A stretch of DNA of 64,000 bases from Flavobacteriales bacterium (GCA_020635725.1 JACJZF010000009.1:24639-88638), one strand, 5' to 3'; shown: positions 28,592 to 40,034, counted from the stretch's first letter. Made by a program: numbers and translations. Notes: generated by a model not told the origin, from the letters alone.

Positions 28592-29737
28592 ATGGAATTC
28601 GCCACCACCGAGAACCAGACCATGATCGCGCAGGCCGTGCGCGACCTCTGCGAACGCGAGCTGCGCCCACACCTGATGGATTGGGACGAGCGCCAGCATT
28701 TCCCCGCCGACCTCTTCCGCCAGCACTTCGGGCCCGCGGGCATGCTGGGCGTGCTGGTGCCGGAGGCGTACGGCGGCGCGGGCCTCGGCTACTTCGAGTA
28801 CATCAGCACCATCGTGGAGGTGGCGCGCATCTGCGGCAGCGTGGGCCTGAGCGTGGCCGCGCACAACAGCCTGTGCACCGGCCACATCCTCACCTTCGCC
28901 AACAAGGAGCAGAAGCGCAAGTGGCTGCCCAAGCTGGCCACGGGCGAGTGGATCGGCGCCTGGGCCCTCACCGAGCCCAACACCGGCAGCGATGCCATGC
29001 GCATGAAGTGCACGGCCCGCAAGGAAGGGAAGGAGTGGGTGCTGAACGGCACCAAGTGCTGGATCACGCACGGCATCAGCAGCGACGTGCTGGTGGCCAT
29101 CGTGCGCACCGGCGAGCTGCTCGACAGCAAGGGCATGACCGCCTTCGTGATCGAGCGCGGCACACCTGGCCTCAAGGCCGGCAAGAAGGAGAACAAGCTG
29201 GGCATGCGTGCCAGCGAGACCGCCGAGGTGATCTTCGAGGATTGCCGCGTGCCCGAGGAGAACATCCTGGGCGAGGTGGGGCAGGGCTTCCAGCAGGCCA
29301 TGAAGGTGCTCGATGGCGGCCGCATCAGCATCGCCGCGCTGAGCCTGGGCATCACGAAAGGAGCCTACGACGCCAGCGTGAAGTACGCCAAGGAGCGCGA
29401 GCAGTTCGGGCAGCCCATCGCCAACTTCCAGGCCATCGCCTTCAAGCTCGCCGACATGGCCACCCGCATCGAGGCCGCCGAGCTCCTCACCCTGCAGGCC
29501 GCCGATCTGAAGAACCGTGGCAAGAAGATGACCAAGGAGAGCGCCATGGCCAAGTACTACGCCAGCGAGGTGGCGGTATGGGCCAGCAACGAGGCGGTGC
29601 AGATCTTCGGCGGCTACGGCTACACCAAGGATTTCCCGGTGGAGAAGTTCTACCGCGACAGCAAGCTCTGCACCATCGGCGAGGGCACCAGCGAGATCCA
29701 GAAGCTGGTGATCAGCAGGGACGTGCTGCGGGGGTGA
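28592..29737 (+). CDS. acyl-CoA dehydrogenase
   Basis: Full ACAD fold motifs: WALTEPNTGSDA, catalytic-region GEGTSEIQKLVISRDVL at the C-terminus, and FGGYGYTKDFPVEKFYRDSKL. Confidence 0.9.
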   Translation: MEFATTENQTMIAQAVRDLCERELRPHLMDWDERQHFPADLFRQHFGPAGMLGVLVPEAYGGAGLGYFEYISTIVEVARICGSVGLSVAAHNSLCTGHILTFANKEQKRKWLPKLATGEWIGAWALTEPNTGSDAMRMKCTARKEGKEWVLNGTKCWITHGISSDVLVAIVRTGELLDSKGMTAFVIERGTPGLKAGKKENKLGMRASETAEVIFEDCRVPEENILGEVGQGFQQAMKVLDGGRISIAALSLGITKGAYDASVKYAKEREQFGQPIANFQAIAFKLADMATRIEAAELLTLQAADLKNRGKKMTKESAMAKYYASEVAVWASNEAVQIFGGYGYTKDFPVEKFYRDSKLCTIGEGTSEIQKLVISRDVLRG

Positions 29738-29900
29738 GATTTCCTTTAACGGGGAGGAACGCACGGCCGCCAATGCTTCGCCATGGCAGTCCGATGGGCG
29801 TAACGCAGGAACCATTTCATTCCTCGGCGCTCAAGTCGATTTGCGGATTTCATGAACCGTGAGTAGGTTCGGTATGCCCCAAGCACACACCTGGCGTACC

Positions 29901-32900
29901 ATGCTCACACGTTCGAGCCTCGCGAAGCGGTTCTTCGCCGCCCTGGTCATGCTGTTGGCTGTCTGCGCCCCAGCACTGGCCCAGCCTCCCTTGGTCACCA
30001 AGCATCTTTCCGATTTCGCCACACCTGATGGAGGCGGCTTCCCCAACGACCTGATCAACGACCACAGGCCCTGCTCGATGCCGCGGCCTTCTTCCAGGCC
30101 CGCGGAGGATATGGCACGCTGACCCTGGACAATGGCGAGTACATCATCGGTCAGCAGCGGCTGCATTGGGATGGCGATCCGCTGCCCGGAGCGGATTGGG
30201 ACAACCTGCGTTACCCCACGGGGAGCCCCGCTTCGCCCTTCTGCTACTCCATGGTGGCCAATCAACTAGGCTTCGTGCTGAGCAACTGTTCCCAGTTCAC
30301 CATTCAGGGCAGTGGAAGCACGCGTGTACGCTACCGCGATTGCCTGTACTACGGAACCTTCCTGCGTACCGCGGGCGAGAATGAGATCTTCAGCGCCGTA
30401 GGGCCGCCCTGCCTCTCCTGCCAGGAAAGCGGACATGCGGAGGGCATGCTCCACGCAGCTGTTGGGACGATGTTCACCTTCAATTTCTGTGACTCCATCA
30501 TCATCCGTGACCTTGAGTTGGATGGTAACTTGAACGATGTCATCCTCGGCGGCCGGAGCTCCTCGGATGGAACGCAGACGCCTTATGATGGCGTGATCCT
30601 GCATGAAACGGCCAATAGCTTGATGGAACAGGTCAATGCTCATCATTTCGGCAGGGATGGCCTGACCATCCAAGCCGATGTCTATGCCAGTGATTCGTCG
30701 TTCATCGCCGCGCATCCGCATATCGATGTGGACAACCAGGCGGATCCCGGAACCCTCATGTTCAATAATGTGCTGCGCGACAGCCATTTCAATTGGAATA
30801 CGAGGCAGGGGTTCTCTTGGGTGGGCTGCGCCGGCCTGATCATGGAGAACTGCAGCGCTAACTACACGGGGGCCGGCCGAATATGGAGCAGCCCTGGTGC
30901 TGGGGTTGACATCGAGGGGCATGGCGGGCCGACACGGATCAGGCATGGCATCTTCAATGGCTGTGAAATGTTACACAACAGGGGGGCAGGTGTGCATTCT
31001 GCCTTTGGACCATGCTTGGGACAGCAGGATTTCAGCTTCAATCAATGCACGATCAAGGCGGGCGAGGGTGCGGACGCACTTTGGCCGGGCACCAGAGGGA
31101 TGAAGTTCAATGATTGCAGCATCTATGGCAAGGTGGTCAACTTCTTCGAACAGGCGGAGAATGTTTTCCCGTACGACACCGCTTTGAACTTGCTGTTCCG
31201 CCGCACAGTCTTCTACGAAGAGGATGACCAATGGAACTACCTGAACCTCAATCCTGACTCATACAACAGCTACTGCTCGGGCGATCTCAGCCACAAGCTG
31301 GACCTGTTACCGTCGGCAGTCAGCCAAACGGCGTCCATCACATTCGATAGCTGCGGCTTCCATACCAATTGCTATGGCAAGATCAGGCTGGCCGGTAAGC
31401 ATGTCCTTCACGATGTTTTTCCGCATTGCGACCCTTGCCTGCATTGCCAGGACAGCCTCTCATACACCTGCCCGCCCACCACGTGCTTGCCCCCTGGCCA
31501 ACCGCCGCCAGGCCTGCCGCTTGATGACCGTTTCATCAGGGCCACCGATTGCTATCTCAAGAACACCGGCCGTTGGCGCTGCGGCAACGTCACCGAGCTG
31601 ATCAGCGTGGATCGGACCACCGTGGTGAATTTCCGGCTGGACGTGCCCAGCACGGTGAGAGGTCAGATCAATGCCTCCGACCGTTACGGTACCTTTTTCG
31701 GCATGGCCTCATGGGCTGCCAATGATAGCCTGCCCGCTGGCTACTACTCCGATGTGGATACCACCTATACGGACTACGGCGACGAATTTCCCCCCTGCCA
31801 GCCGATGTACCACTGGCCCGATTCCATCGAGCACTGGTCTGCCTGCCAGCCCGCCCATGTGCTGGTGCCCAATTGCGCCGGCGATGCCAACTGCTACGCC
31901 GACCTCACCATCCACCCCGGCACCCTCAGCAGCAACCTGGCCAGCAGCATCAGCGGCACGGTGAGCATCGAAGGCCAGTTCATCGTGGACACCGATTTCG
32001 CCTTCCAGAATGCCCAGCTGATGATGAACCCAGGCGCCGAGATCGTGGTGCAGCCGAGCGTCACGCTCCTGATCGAGAACAGCACTGTTAGCAGCTGCCG
32101 GGGCGTGATGTGGAAGAGCATCACCGTGCAGCATGACGGGGTGCTGAAAATCCGGCAATCCTACATCAACGAAGGGGAGGATGCCGTTAGGGCCCTCGAG
32201 GGCAGCAGCATCGTTATCGATGGCAACCAGTTCCGCAACAACCGCGTGGCTGTGCAAGTGCCAAACCAGAGTACCGCGCCGGTGTACGCGGTAAGCCTGT
32301 ACGCGGTCAACAACACCTTCTACAGCGCCGGCACCATGCCCGCGCCATACCCCGGCCAGCTGACCGCCGTGGGCGCGCAGGGCTATGCCGCCTTCGACAT
32401 CGACCGCATCACCCTCGACCTCACCGCCGCGCCTAACCTCATCCACAGCCTCAGCAATGGCATCGTGGCCCTGCAATGCGACCTCACCATCACGCAGGCC
32501 ACCTTCCTGCATATTCAGCCCGATTCGGCCTATGAGCATTACGCCAACGGCAGCGCCATCTACGCCCGTGGGCCCAAGAGCTGGCGTACCCTGAAGCAGA
32601 CTGGCTTTGGTACGGAAGCCACGGCGGCGCCCAGCTTCGATGACTGCCACTGGGGCATCTATACCGAGTACATGAACGTCTATAGCATGGACAACTTCAT
32701 GAACGACGTGGGCACGGCATACCGTGTGGACCGTAGCGGATACAAGGAGGTGGAGATCCATGACAACCGCCTGGATACCCGGCGCGATGGCATCGTGCTG
32801 GTCATGAACGATGGAGCGGCCCATGTCCTGGTGGAGCACAACGACATCACCTTCGCGCGCAACCTGCCGCCGGGCCAGTACACCAAGGGCTATTACGGCA

Positions 32901-34552
32901 TACGGGTGAACGAAGCCAACACGCTCAACCCCGACTCGCGGATCCAGAACAACAGCATCCGCTACCGACAGGGCGCCAGCACGGCCTACGGCGGCATCGG
33001 GCTGGTGAGCGCGCGTGCATACCTGGTTGCCAACAACGGCCTGCACATGACCGACAATTCGAGCAACAGGGTAGGCGTGCACCTCAGCGGCTGCAAGGAA
33101 CCCAAGGTGATCTGCAATGACATTCACGGCGCCACCAACGGCTACCCGGAGCTGGGCCAGGCCAGCGTGCGCAGCTTCGGCGGCACCGCGCCATTGATCA
33201 GCTGCAACCGTATGGACCGCACCACCAACGGCATGCTGTTCAGCGGATGGACCGCAGCGGAGGTGCGTGGCAACGAGTTCAACAACCACAAGTGCAGCCT
33301 GCATCTGGAGCAAAATGCGGTCATTGGTCCACAAGATCATCGAGGCAACCTGTGGTTGCAACCAGCGCAGGTATGGGGTGCATGGTGCGAGACCCAGGCA
33401 GGTGCTGTACAGAGCGTGATTACTTACGACCCGGGCCAACCGAGTAATGTGCCTAGCAGCTACTTGCCCCCTACCTGGTTCGATCCTCAAGCAGGCCCGA
33501 CCTTCGATTGCTATGAAGGTATTGGTGAGTGTGTGGGCTATAAGGAGCGCTGCGCAGGTTGTGCGAACGAGATCTACCGGGCTGTGGCGGATAGCAGCTT
33601 GGAGAACGGTGCCTATACCGATGAAACGCGCTGGAGCTTGAAGGGCGACCTCTATGAGTTCCTGAAAGCCGACTCGACCATGCTTGAGGACCCGGTCATG
33701 CAAGCCTTCTACAGTGCCGTGCAAAGCACGGTTATTGCTGCCCTGAAGGAGGTGGATGAGGACCGCATCGCCCTCTTCGATATCGACAGCACTATTGTAT
33801 TGCAGCTGCAACAGAACCGCGAGCAGTTGATCGTGCTGCAGGGGGAATTGAAACTGGCGCTGGTGGATCTATCGGCACCGGACCTCACCGAGGCGCAGAA
33901 GTCCTTCCAACTGGGGGCGATACAAGGCCTGCAGCAGAGTATTGGTGAATTGATCGCGTTCAACACCCAGGCCATGGCATTGGCCGCCGACAGCCGTGTG
34001 CTGAGCGCCGAAGAAGTGAAGAACACCAATACCATGCTCGGTGTTACGGAGCTTACTGAATCCAACAGCAAAACCGTGTACGAGATCTATCTGAGCACCG
34101 TCGCCAAGGATGTGGAGGAGTTCACCACCCAGCAAACGCAAGACCTGTTCTCTGTCGCGAACCAGTGCCCGTTGCTGGGTGGCGATGCCGTCTTCACCGC
34201 ACGGGCGCTCTACTATCTCATCGATCCGGAGCAGGAGTTCGATGATCCAGCGTTGTGCTTGCAGGAAGGCTTGGTGACCAAGAGCCTCAAAGAAGAACCG
34301 AAGAAGGGGTGCAGCATCGTTCCCAATCCCGCTGGCAGCGCGGCAACGTTGGTGCTCAGCAGTCCCTTGGATGATGGCGGGCAATTGTTGATATACGGGG
34401 CAACTGGAGTGGAACTGATCCGTATGCGCCTGCCCTCTGACCAGGTAAGAGTAGATATTGATCTGGGAGGACTTGCCGTAGGGGTTTATCATTTCCAGGT
34501 GCGCTCCGCAGTGGGTGAGGTAGGTGACGGGCGTTTGATCATCGTACACTAG
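29901..34552 (+). CDS. giant secreted right-handed beta-helix (pectate-lyase-superfamily-like) protein with T9SS C-terminal sorting domain; reading frame interrupted by a 1-nt frameshift near 30063-30068
   Basis: Frame A (29859/29874/29901..30122) encodes the signal peptide MLTRSSLAKRFFAALVMLLAVCAPALAQPP...DFATPDGGGFPNDLINDH, then stops. The frame offset by one base is open from 30029 to 34552 but has no ATG before 30251. Across the junction the sequence reads ...NDLINDH|QALLDAAAFFQARGGYGTLTLDNGEYIIG, i.e. the D-G..TDDTAA.Q.A.DAA...GGGT..L..G.Y N-terminal motif of beta-helix proteins is split between the two frames. Body has many beta-helix repeats and a coiled-coil-like segment (about 33.7-34.2 kb). 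C-terminus is SIVPNPAGSAATLVLSS...GVYHFQVRS, a T9SS CTD. Confidence 0.6.
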
Positions 34553-34553
34553 T

Positions 34554-36047
34554 ATGCGCCATCTCCTGGTAGCAGCAATGTTCTACGGAGGGGTTCTCTT
34601 CCCTCTTTCTGCTCTAGCACAACAGGGGTTCAATAATCTCTGGTTGCTCGGGTATAATAGCGATGATGGCTTGCCGTGGGGGAATTCTGATATTGACTTC
34701 AGCAATGGACCTGCCGAAGTCAGCCTGCATGCTTACGAGATCGGGTATCACAGAACGGCTGCGAACATCAGTCGTGTAGACGGCCTATTGGAATTCAGCA
34801 CCAATGGCACATTCATAGCCGACCGGAACGGGGATACCCTGTTCAATGGTACTGGACTGGCACCAAGTGCGCACACCTCGGCGTTTCCGGAAGGATTGGT
34901 CGTTTCACAAGGCGCGCTGATCATACCCAAGCCTGATGCACCGGGTATCTACTATCTGTTCCATGGCACGGTGGATAATTGGGGTGCTGCTTCTGCACAA
35001 TACCTCTACCTGACCACTGTGGATATGAGCCTGAACAGTGGTTTGGGCGGGGTAGTAACAAAGAATGTGGTCCTATGGAGCGGTGTACAGCAGGCGGGCA
35101 AGATCACCGCTGTGCGCCATGCCAACGGCCGGGACTGGTGGGTCTTCAACCATCAGGCCAACAACAACATCTTCAACCGCTACCTGGTCACGCCATCGGG
35201 TGTTCAATTGGTTGGCACCCAGGCCATCGGGATAGTTCGCCCTCCGGATGCGGGCAATGTCTGTTTCAGTCCGGATGGAACCAAGTTCGCCTACTGCTGG
35301 GGCGAGACCGATCTGGAGATCTTTCAATTCGACTGCTGCACTGGTCAGTTCTTGAATCCTGTTTTTATCGGTATTGATGGTGACATTGCCGATGGTGGCT
35401 TGGCATTTTCACCTGATAGTCGCTTCCTTTATGTTTCGGCCGTGGTGGATCTGTATCAGTATGATACAAATGCAGGTGATATCGCCGCTTCAGTTGTACA
35501 TGTGGGCACATGGGATGGTTTCTATTCACCTCAGCCCCCGGCTGCTACGTACTTTGTAATAACCCAAGTTGCATTGGATGGCAATATCTACATTTCCACA
35601 GGCAACGGCACCTTCCACTTGCATGTGATCAACGCGCCGGATGAGGCGGGCTTTGCCTGTGATCTGGTACAGCACGGAGTAGAGCTACCAGCCTACTATT
35701 CCAATGGTCTGCCCAACCATCCCAACTATCACCTGGGGCCCGTACTGGGCAGCGTTTGCGATAGCCTGGGCATGGGCCTGCAGGAGCTGCAGGCGCCCTT
35801 GGTGCCGGTGCAGGCCAGCCCCAACCCCAGCAGCGGCCGGGGAACGCTCACCTACGGCGCGCAGCGCACCGCGGGGGTGCTGCAGGTATGGGATGCAGAA
35901 GGCCGCATGGTGCTGCAAGAGAAGCTGCCCGCCTGGAGCACCCTGCATGCGCTGGAGCTAACAGGCCAGCCAACGGGCATGTACCACTGCCGCCTTCAAT
36001 GGGGGTCGCGCAGTGCAACGGTGCGGGTGATACACAACGAGCCATGA
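34554..36047 (+). CDS. beta-propeller-repeat secreted protein with T9SS C-terminal sorting domain
   Basis: ATG 34554 overlaps the upstream stop (TAGTATG). Signal peptide MRHLLVAAMFYGGVLFPLSALAQQ. Repeated FSPDGTKFAY / FSPDSRFLYVSAV / ALDGNIYIS propeller-blade-like motifs. C-terminus is QASPNPSSGRGTLTYG...MYHCRLQ, a T9SS CTD. Confidence 0.65.
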   Translation: MRHLLVAAMFYGGVLFPLSALAQQGFNNLWLLGYNSDDGLPWGNSDIDFSNGPAEVSLHAYEIGYHRTAANISRVDGLLEFSTNGTFIADRNGDTLFNGTGLAPSAHTSAFPEGLVVSQGALIIPKPDAPGIYYLFHGTVDNWGAASAQYLYLTTVDMSLNSGLGGVVTKNVVLWSGVQQAGKITAVRHANGRDWWVFNHQANNNIFNRYLVTPSGVQLVGTQAIGIVRPPDAGNVCFSPDGTKFAYCWGETDLEIFQFDCCTGQFLNPVFIGIDGDIADGGLAFSPDSRFLYVSAVVDLYQYDTNAGDIAASVVHVGTWDGFYSPQPPAATYFVITQVALDGNIYISTGNGTFHLHVINAPDEAGFACDLVQHGVELPAYYSNGLPNHPNYHLGPVLGSVCDSLGMGLQELQAPLVPVQASPNPSSGRGTLTYGAQRTAGVLQVWDAEGRMVLQEKLPAWSTLHALELTGQPTGMYHCRLQWGSRSATVRVIHNEP

Positions 36048-36358
36048 GCAGGCGCAATGCACTCCTGCTGGTGGTGCTGCTACCGCTCCTAGCCATGGCC
36101 CAAGGCCCGGCAAGAACGGCCCCGGCACCTTTCAACGCACCAACGCTGGTGGTGCTGCTCGCCAATAGGCCAACGCATATAGAAGAAGCCAAATGGCTGG
36201 AGATGATGCAGGAGCCAGTGAACCGCAGCCTTTACCCACTGCGCGTGACACAGGCCATGCTCGATACGCTGGATGCCACTTTGCTGGACCGGCGGTTCAA
36301 CTATGAACTGATACGGGGGATGCCCGTCCCAGGCGCCAGTCCGGATGCGCCGCGCTAG
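36044..36358 (+). CDS. small secreted hypothetical protein (104 aa)
   Basis: ATG 36044 overlaps the upstream stop (ATGA). MSRRNALLLVVLLPLLAMAQGP is a signal peptide. No recognisable domain. Confidence 0.45.
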   Translation: MSRRNALLLVVLLPLLAMAQGPARTAPAPFNAPTLVVLLANRPTHIEEAKWLEMMQEPVNRSLYPLRVTQAMLDTLDATLLDRRFNYELIRGMPVPGASPDAPR

Positions 36359-36409
36359 CGCCGTGAGCTCCTCAGGGCCAGGGCGATTCGCAGGCGACGG
36401 ACCAAGGTC

Positions 36410-36439
36410 TTGCAGGAACCGGAGGAGCCATTATATTTG
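36410..36439 (+). promoter_or_regulatory. Bacteroidota-type promoter candidate upstream of rpsU (-7 TATATTTG)
   Basis: tatatttg at 36432-36439, 28 nt before ATG 36468. A weak -33 element (tcttgc) lies about 20 nt upstream. Confidence 0.4.
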
Positions 36440-36467
36440 CCGCCCCTAACGAAAAGGGCATTCGACC

Positions 36468-36659
36468 ATGCTGATCATCCCGGTGAAGGAAGGCGAGAGC
36501 ATCGACAAGGCGCTCAAGAAGTTCAAGAAGAAGTTCGAGCGCACCGGCACCATGCGTGCCCTGCGGAAGCGCCAGAGCTTCACGAAGCCCAGCGTATCGC
36601 GCCGCAAGGAGATCATCCGCGCCGCGTACAAGCTGAAGATGCAGACCGAGCAGGAGTAA
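36468..36659 (+). CDS. rpsU: 30S ribosomal protein S21
   Basis: MLIIPVKEGESIDKALKKFKKKFERTGTMRALRKRQSFTKPSVSRRKE is canonical S21. Confidence 0.9.
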   Translation: MLIIPVKEGESIDKALKKFKKKFERTGTMRALRKRQSFTKPSVSRRKEIIRAAYKLKMQTEQE

Positions 36660-36677
36660 TCCCTGCCCCAGGATACC

Positions 36678-36719
36678 GAAGGCGGGTGGCCCACTGGGTC
36701 GCCCGCCTTCGCTTTTGCC
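36678..36719 (+). terminator. intrinsic terminator after rpsU
   Basis: gaaggcggg...cccgccttc stem, followed by gcttttgcc. Confidence 0.5.
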
Positions 36720-36732
36720 TGCCCTTACCTTT

Positions 36733-37626
36733 ATGCGGCCGATGCTACTGGACCGCTACCTGGAACACCTGGCCTACGAGAAACGGGCGAGCGCGCATAC
36801 CGTGGCCGCCTACCGCGCCGATCTTCAGCTCTTCGCCGAGCATCTGCTGCAAGAGGGCGTGGCTTCCTTGGAACACGCCGATGGTGACCTGGTGCGTTAC
36901 TGGGTCATGGCCCGCATGGAAGCCGGGGAGAGCCCCCGCACCGTGAACCGCCGCCTGAGCGCCATCCGCGGCTTCTTCCGCTTTGCGCGGCAGGTGGGCG
37001 CCGTGGCCACGGACCCCACCGCGCTGGTGGACCCGCCCAAGACCGCGAAGCGGTTGCCGGAATTCGTGGAGGAGGGCCGCATGGAGCGCCTCTTCGCGCA
37101 CACGGGCGAAGCGCCCATGAACGAGGTGGACCAGCTGGTGCTGGAACTGCTCTACGGCACGGGCATGCGCTTGGCCGAGCTCATCGGTTTGAAGGTAGGG
37201 GACCTGGATGCGCGGCAGGGCACCCTGCGGCTCTTCGGCAAGCGCAGCAAGGAGCGGATTGTGCCTATTCCGCCGGCTCTGGTCGAGCGCCTCAAAGCCC
37301 ATGTGGCAGCCCGTGGCCATGGTCTCGCAACGGATGCGCCCCTACTGGTGGGGCCGCAGGGGAAACCCTTGGCACGCCGCAGCGTTCAACGCCTCGTGCA
37401 GCAGTACCTTGGGACGGTGACCTCGCAGCAGAAGCGGAGCCCGCATGTGCTGCGCCACACCTTCGCCACCCACATGCTCGACCGGGGCGCCGACCTCAAT
37501 GCCGTGAAAGAGATCCTGGGCCATGCCGGACTGGCCGCCACGCAGGTGTACACGCACAATACCGCCGATAAACTCAAGAAGGTCCACGCCCAGGCGCACC
37601 CGCGCGGGGGGCGGAGGAGCCGCTAA
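36733..37626 (+). CDS. xerC: XerC/XerD-family tyrosine recombinase (conserved chromosomal copy downstream of rpsU)
   Basis: Core-binding region (RASAHTVAAYRADLQLF). Catalytic region with R...HVLRHTFATHML...LGHAGLAATQVYTH (R-H-R-Y tyrosine recombinase motifs). Supplied ORF begins at a TTG at 36715; the first ATGs are 36733 and 36742. Confidence 0.8.
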   Translation: MRPMLLDRYLEHLAYEKRASAHTVAAYRADLQLFAEHLLQEGVASLEHADGDLVRYWVMARMEAGESPRTVNRRLSAIRGFFRFARQVGAVATDPTALVDPPKTAKRLPEFVEEGRMERLFAHTGEAPMNEVDQLVLELLYGTGMRLAELIGLKVGDLDARQGTLRLFGKRSKERIVPIPPALVERLKAHVAARGHGLATDAPLLVGPQGKPLARRSVQRLVQQYLGTVTSQQKRSPHVLRHTFATHMLDRGADLNAVKEILGHAGLAATQVYTHNTADKLKKVHAQAHPRGGRRSR

Positions 37627-37645
37627 CATCAATTCCCTCAGTGAC

Positions 37646-37951
37646 ATGAAGCTGAACGTGCAATCCATCCATTTCGACGCCGATCACAAGCTCATCGATT
37701 TCATCCAAGAGAAGCTGGGCAAGCTGACCCAGTTCACCGACGATATCCACTCGGCCGACGTGTTCCTGCGCCTGGATCACGACGGGGAGGCCCGGGAGAA
37801 CAAGGTGGTGGAGGTGCGCCTGGCCGTGCCCGGCAATGACCTCTTCGCCAAGAAGCAGGGGAAGACCTTCGAGGAGGCGGCCATTGAGGCGGCCGAGGCC
37901 TTGCGGAACCAGATCACCAAGGGCCGCGACAAGGTGCGGCAGGCTTCCTAG
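37646..37951 (+). CDS. hpf: ribosome hibernation promoting factor / RaiA family (short form)
   Basis: MKLNVQSIHFDADHKLIDFIQEKLGKLTQF...VEVRLAVPGNDLFAKKQGKTFEEAIEAA is the sigma-54-modulation/RaiA fold signature. Confidence 0.85.
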   Translation: MKLNVQSIHFDADHKLIDFIQEKLGKLTQFTDDIHSADVFLRLDHDGEARENKVVEVRLAVPGNDLFAKKQGKTFEEAAIEAAEALRNQITKGRDKVRQAS

Positions 37952-38140
37952 GCCTTTCGATACGTCCTGAGCTTCGGCATCTGCCGAGGCGAACGATTCC
38001 CTGACAGTCAGGGATTTGGTTGGCTTGTTCCACACCGCGGAGCCAGGGGGCGCGGTCCATCGGCCGGCGCTCGCGCGGCCTTTGTGCCCGGTGGAGGAGC
38101 CCGGCCGCCATCATGCCTCGTGCCAAAAGCGATCGGATTG

Positions 38141-38171
38141 TTTGGGAGAGACCGGTTCTTTTCTACATTTG
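38141..38171 (+). promoter_or_regulatory. Bacteroidota-type promoter candidate for the tRNA-tuf operon: -33 TTTG, 19 nt, -7 TACATTTG
   Basis: tttg at 38141-38144 and tacatttg at 38164-38171, about 67 nt upstream of the first tRNA. Confidence 0.45.
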
Positions 38172-38238
38172 CAGGCCCAAATCTGGACCTACTTGATCCA
38201 GAGGCGGGGAAGGAACCGTTCTTTTCCTTGCTGTACAG

Positions 38239-38311
38239 GCCAATGTAGCTCAGCTGGTAGAGCAGCTGATTTGTAATCAGCCGGTCGTGGGTTCGAGTCC
38301 CTCCATTGGCT
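38239..38311 (+). tRNA. tRNA-Thr (anticodon TGT)
   Basis: GCCAATGTAGCTCAGCTGGTAGAGCAGCTGATTTGTAATCAGCCGGTCGTGGGTTCGAGTCCCTCCATTGGCT. Anticodon loop TTTGTAA. Confidence 0.8.
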
Positions 38312-38327
38312 CTTGGAGCCGATTTCA

Positions 38328-38410
38328 GGGGAGATACCCAAGTGGCCAACGGGGGCAGACTGTAAATCTGTTGTCTTACGACTTCACAGGTTCGAATCCT
38401 GTTCTCCCCA
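38328..38410 (+). tRNA. tRNA-Tyr (anticodon GTA)
   Basis: GGGGAGATACCCAAGTGGCCAACGGGGGCAGACTGTAAATCTGTTGTCTTACGACTTCACAGGTTCGAATCCTGTTCTCCCCA. Long variable arm. Confidence 0.8.
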
Positions 38411-38482
38411 CCGTTCAGCGCCGCAGGCGTCGCTTCCAGGCGCCCAGGCGAGGAATGGGGACCACACCCATACCGGAAACAC

Positions 38483-38555
38483 GCGGGAGTAGCTCAGTTG
38501 GTAGAGCATCAGCCTTCCAAGCTGAACGTCGCGGGTTCGAGTCTCGTCTCCCGCT
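38483..38555 (+). tRNA. tRNA-Gly (anticodon TCC)
   Basis: GCGGGAGTAGCTCAGTTGGTAGAGCATCAGCCTTCCAAGCTGAACGTCGCGGGTTCGAGTCTCGTCTCCCGCT. Confidence 0.8.
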
Positions 38556-38593
38556 CACCAGCGCCTCTTCACGGGAAGAGGCGGCAGTCACCG

Positions 38594-38665
<72 letters not shown>

Positions 38666-38767
38666 CCATCAGCAGCAGCCGCTGAGCAACATTCAAACAC
38701 CCCTCGCGAGAGGGCGGCCGGTACAGCAGAACCTAGGACAGAACCGAACACGAACAACCCAACGACC

Positions 38768-39955
<1,188 letters not shown>

Positions 39956-40034
39956 GGATCAGACCCAAGGCAGCAAGGCCGGCTCGGGCAACCGGGCCGG
40001 CCTTCGCCGCCAAGATGAACGAAGAGACATACAC

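Noticed and set aside
29859-30384. Treating 29859..30122 and 30251..34552 (plus 30166..30384) as three independent small/large genes
   Set aside because: The motif continuity across frames shows one gene with a frameshift. The 30166..30384 frame is an overlapping artefact.
31709-33811. 700-aa minus-strand ORF
   Set aside because: It lies antisense to the giant beta-helix gene. Its composition (H/A/G/V/R-rich) is typical of high-GC antisense frames, whereas the plus frame has beta-helix repeat motifs and a T9SS CTD.
36733-37626. Tyrosine recombinase as evidence of an integrated mobile element
   Set aside because: This integrase sits in the conserved rpsU-xerC-hpf-tRNA-tuf arrangement shared across Bacteroidota. 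No flanking direct repeats, phage or transposon genes are seen, so it is treated as the housekeeping XerC/XerD-type copy.
39975-40004. Hairpin after tuf (aaggccggc...gccggcctt) as a terminator
   Set aside because: No T-run follows, and tRNA-Trp/secE continue the operon 30 nt later. More likely a processing or structural stem; not listed as a feature.
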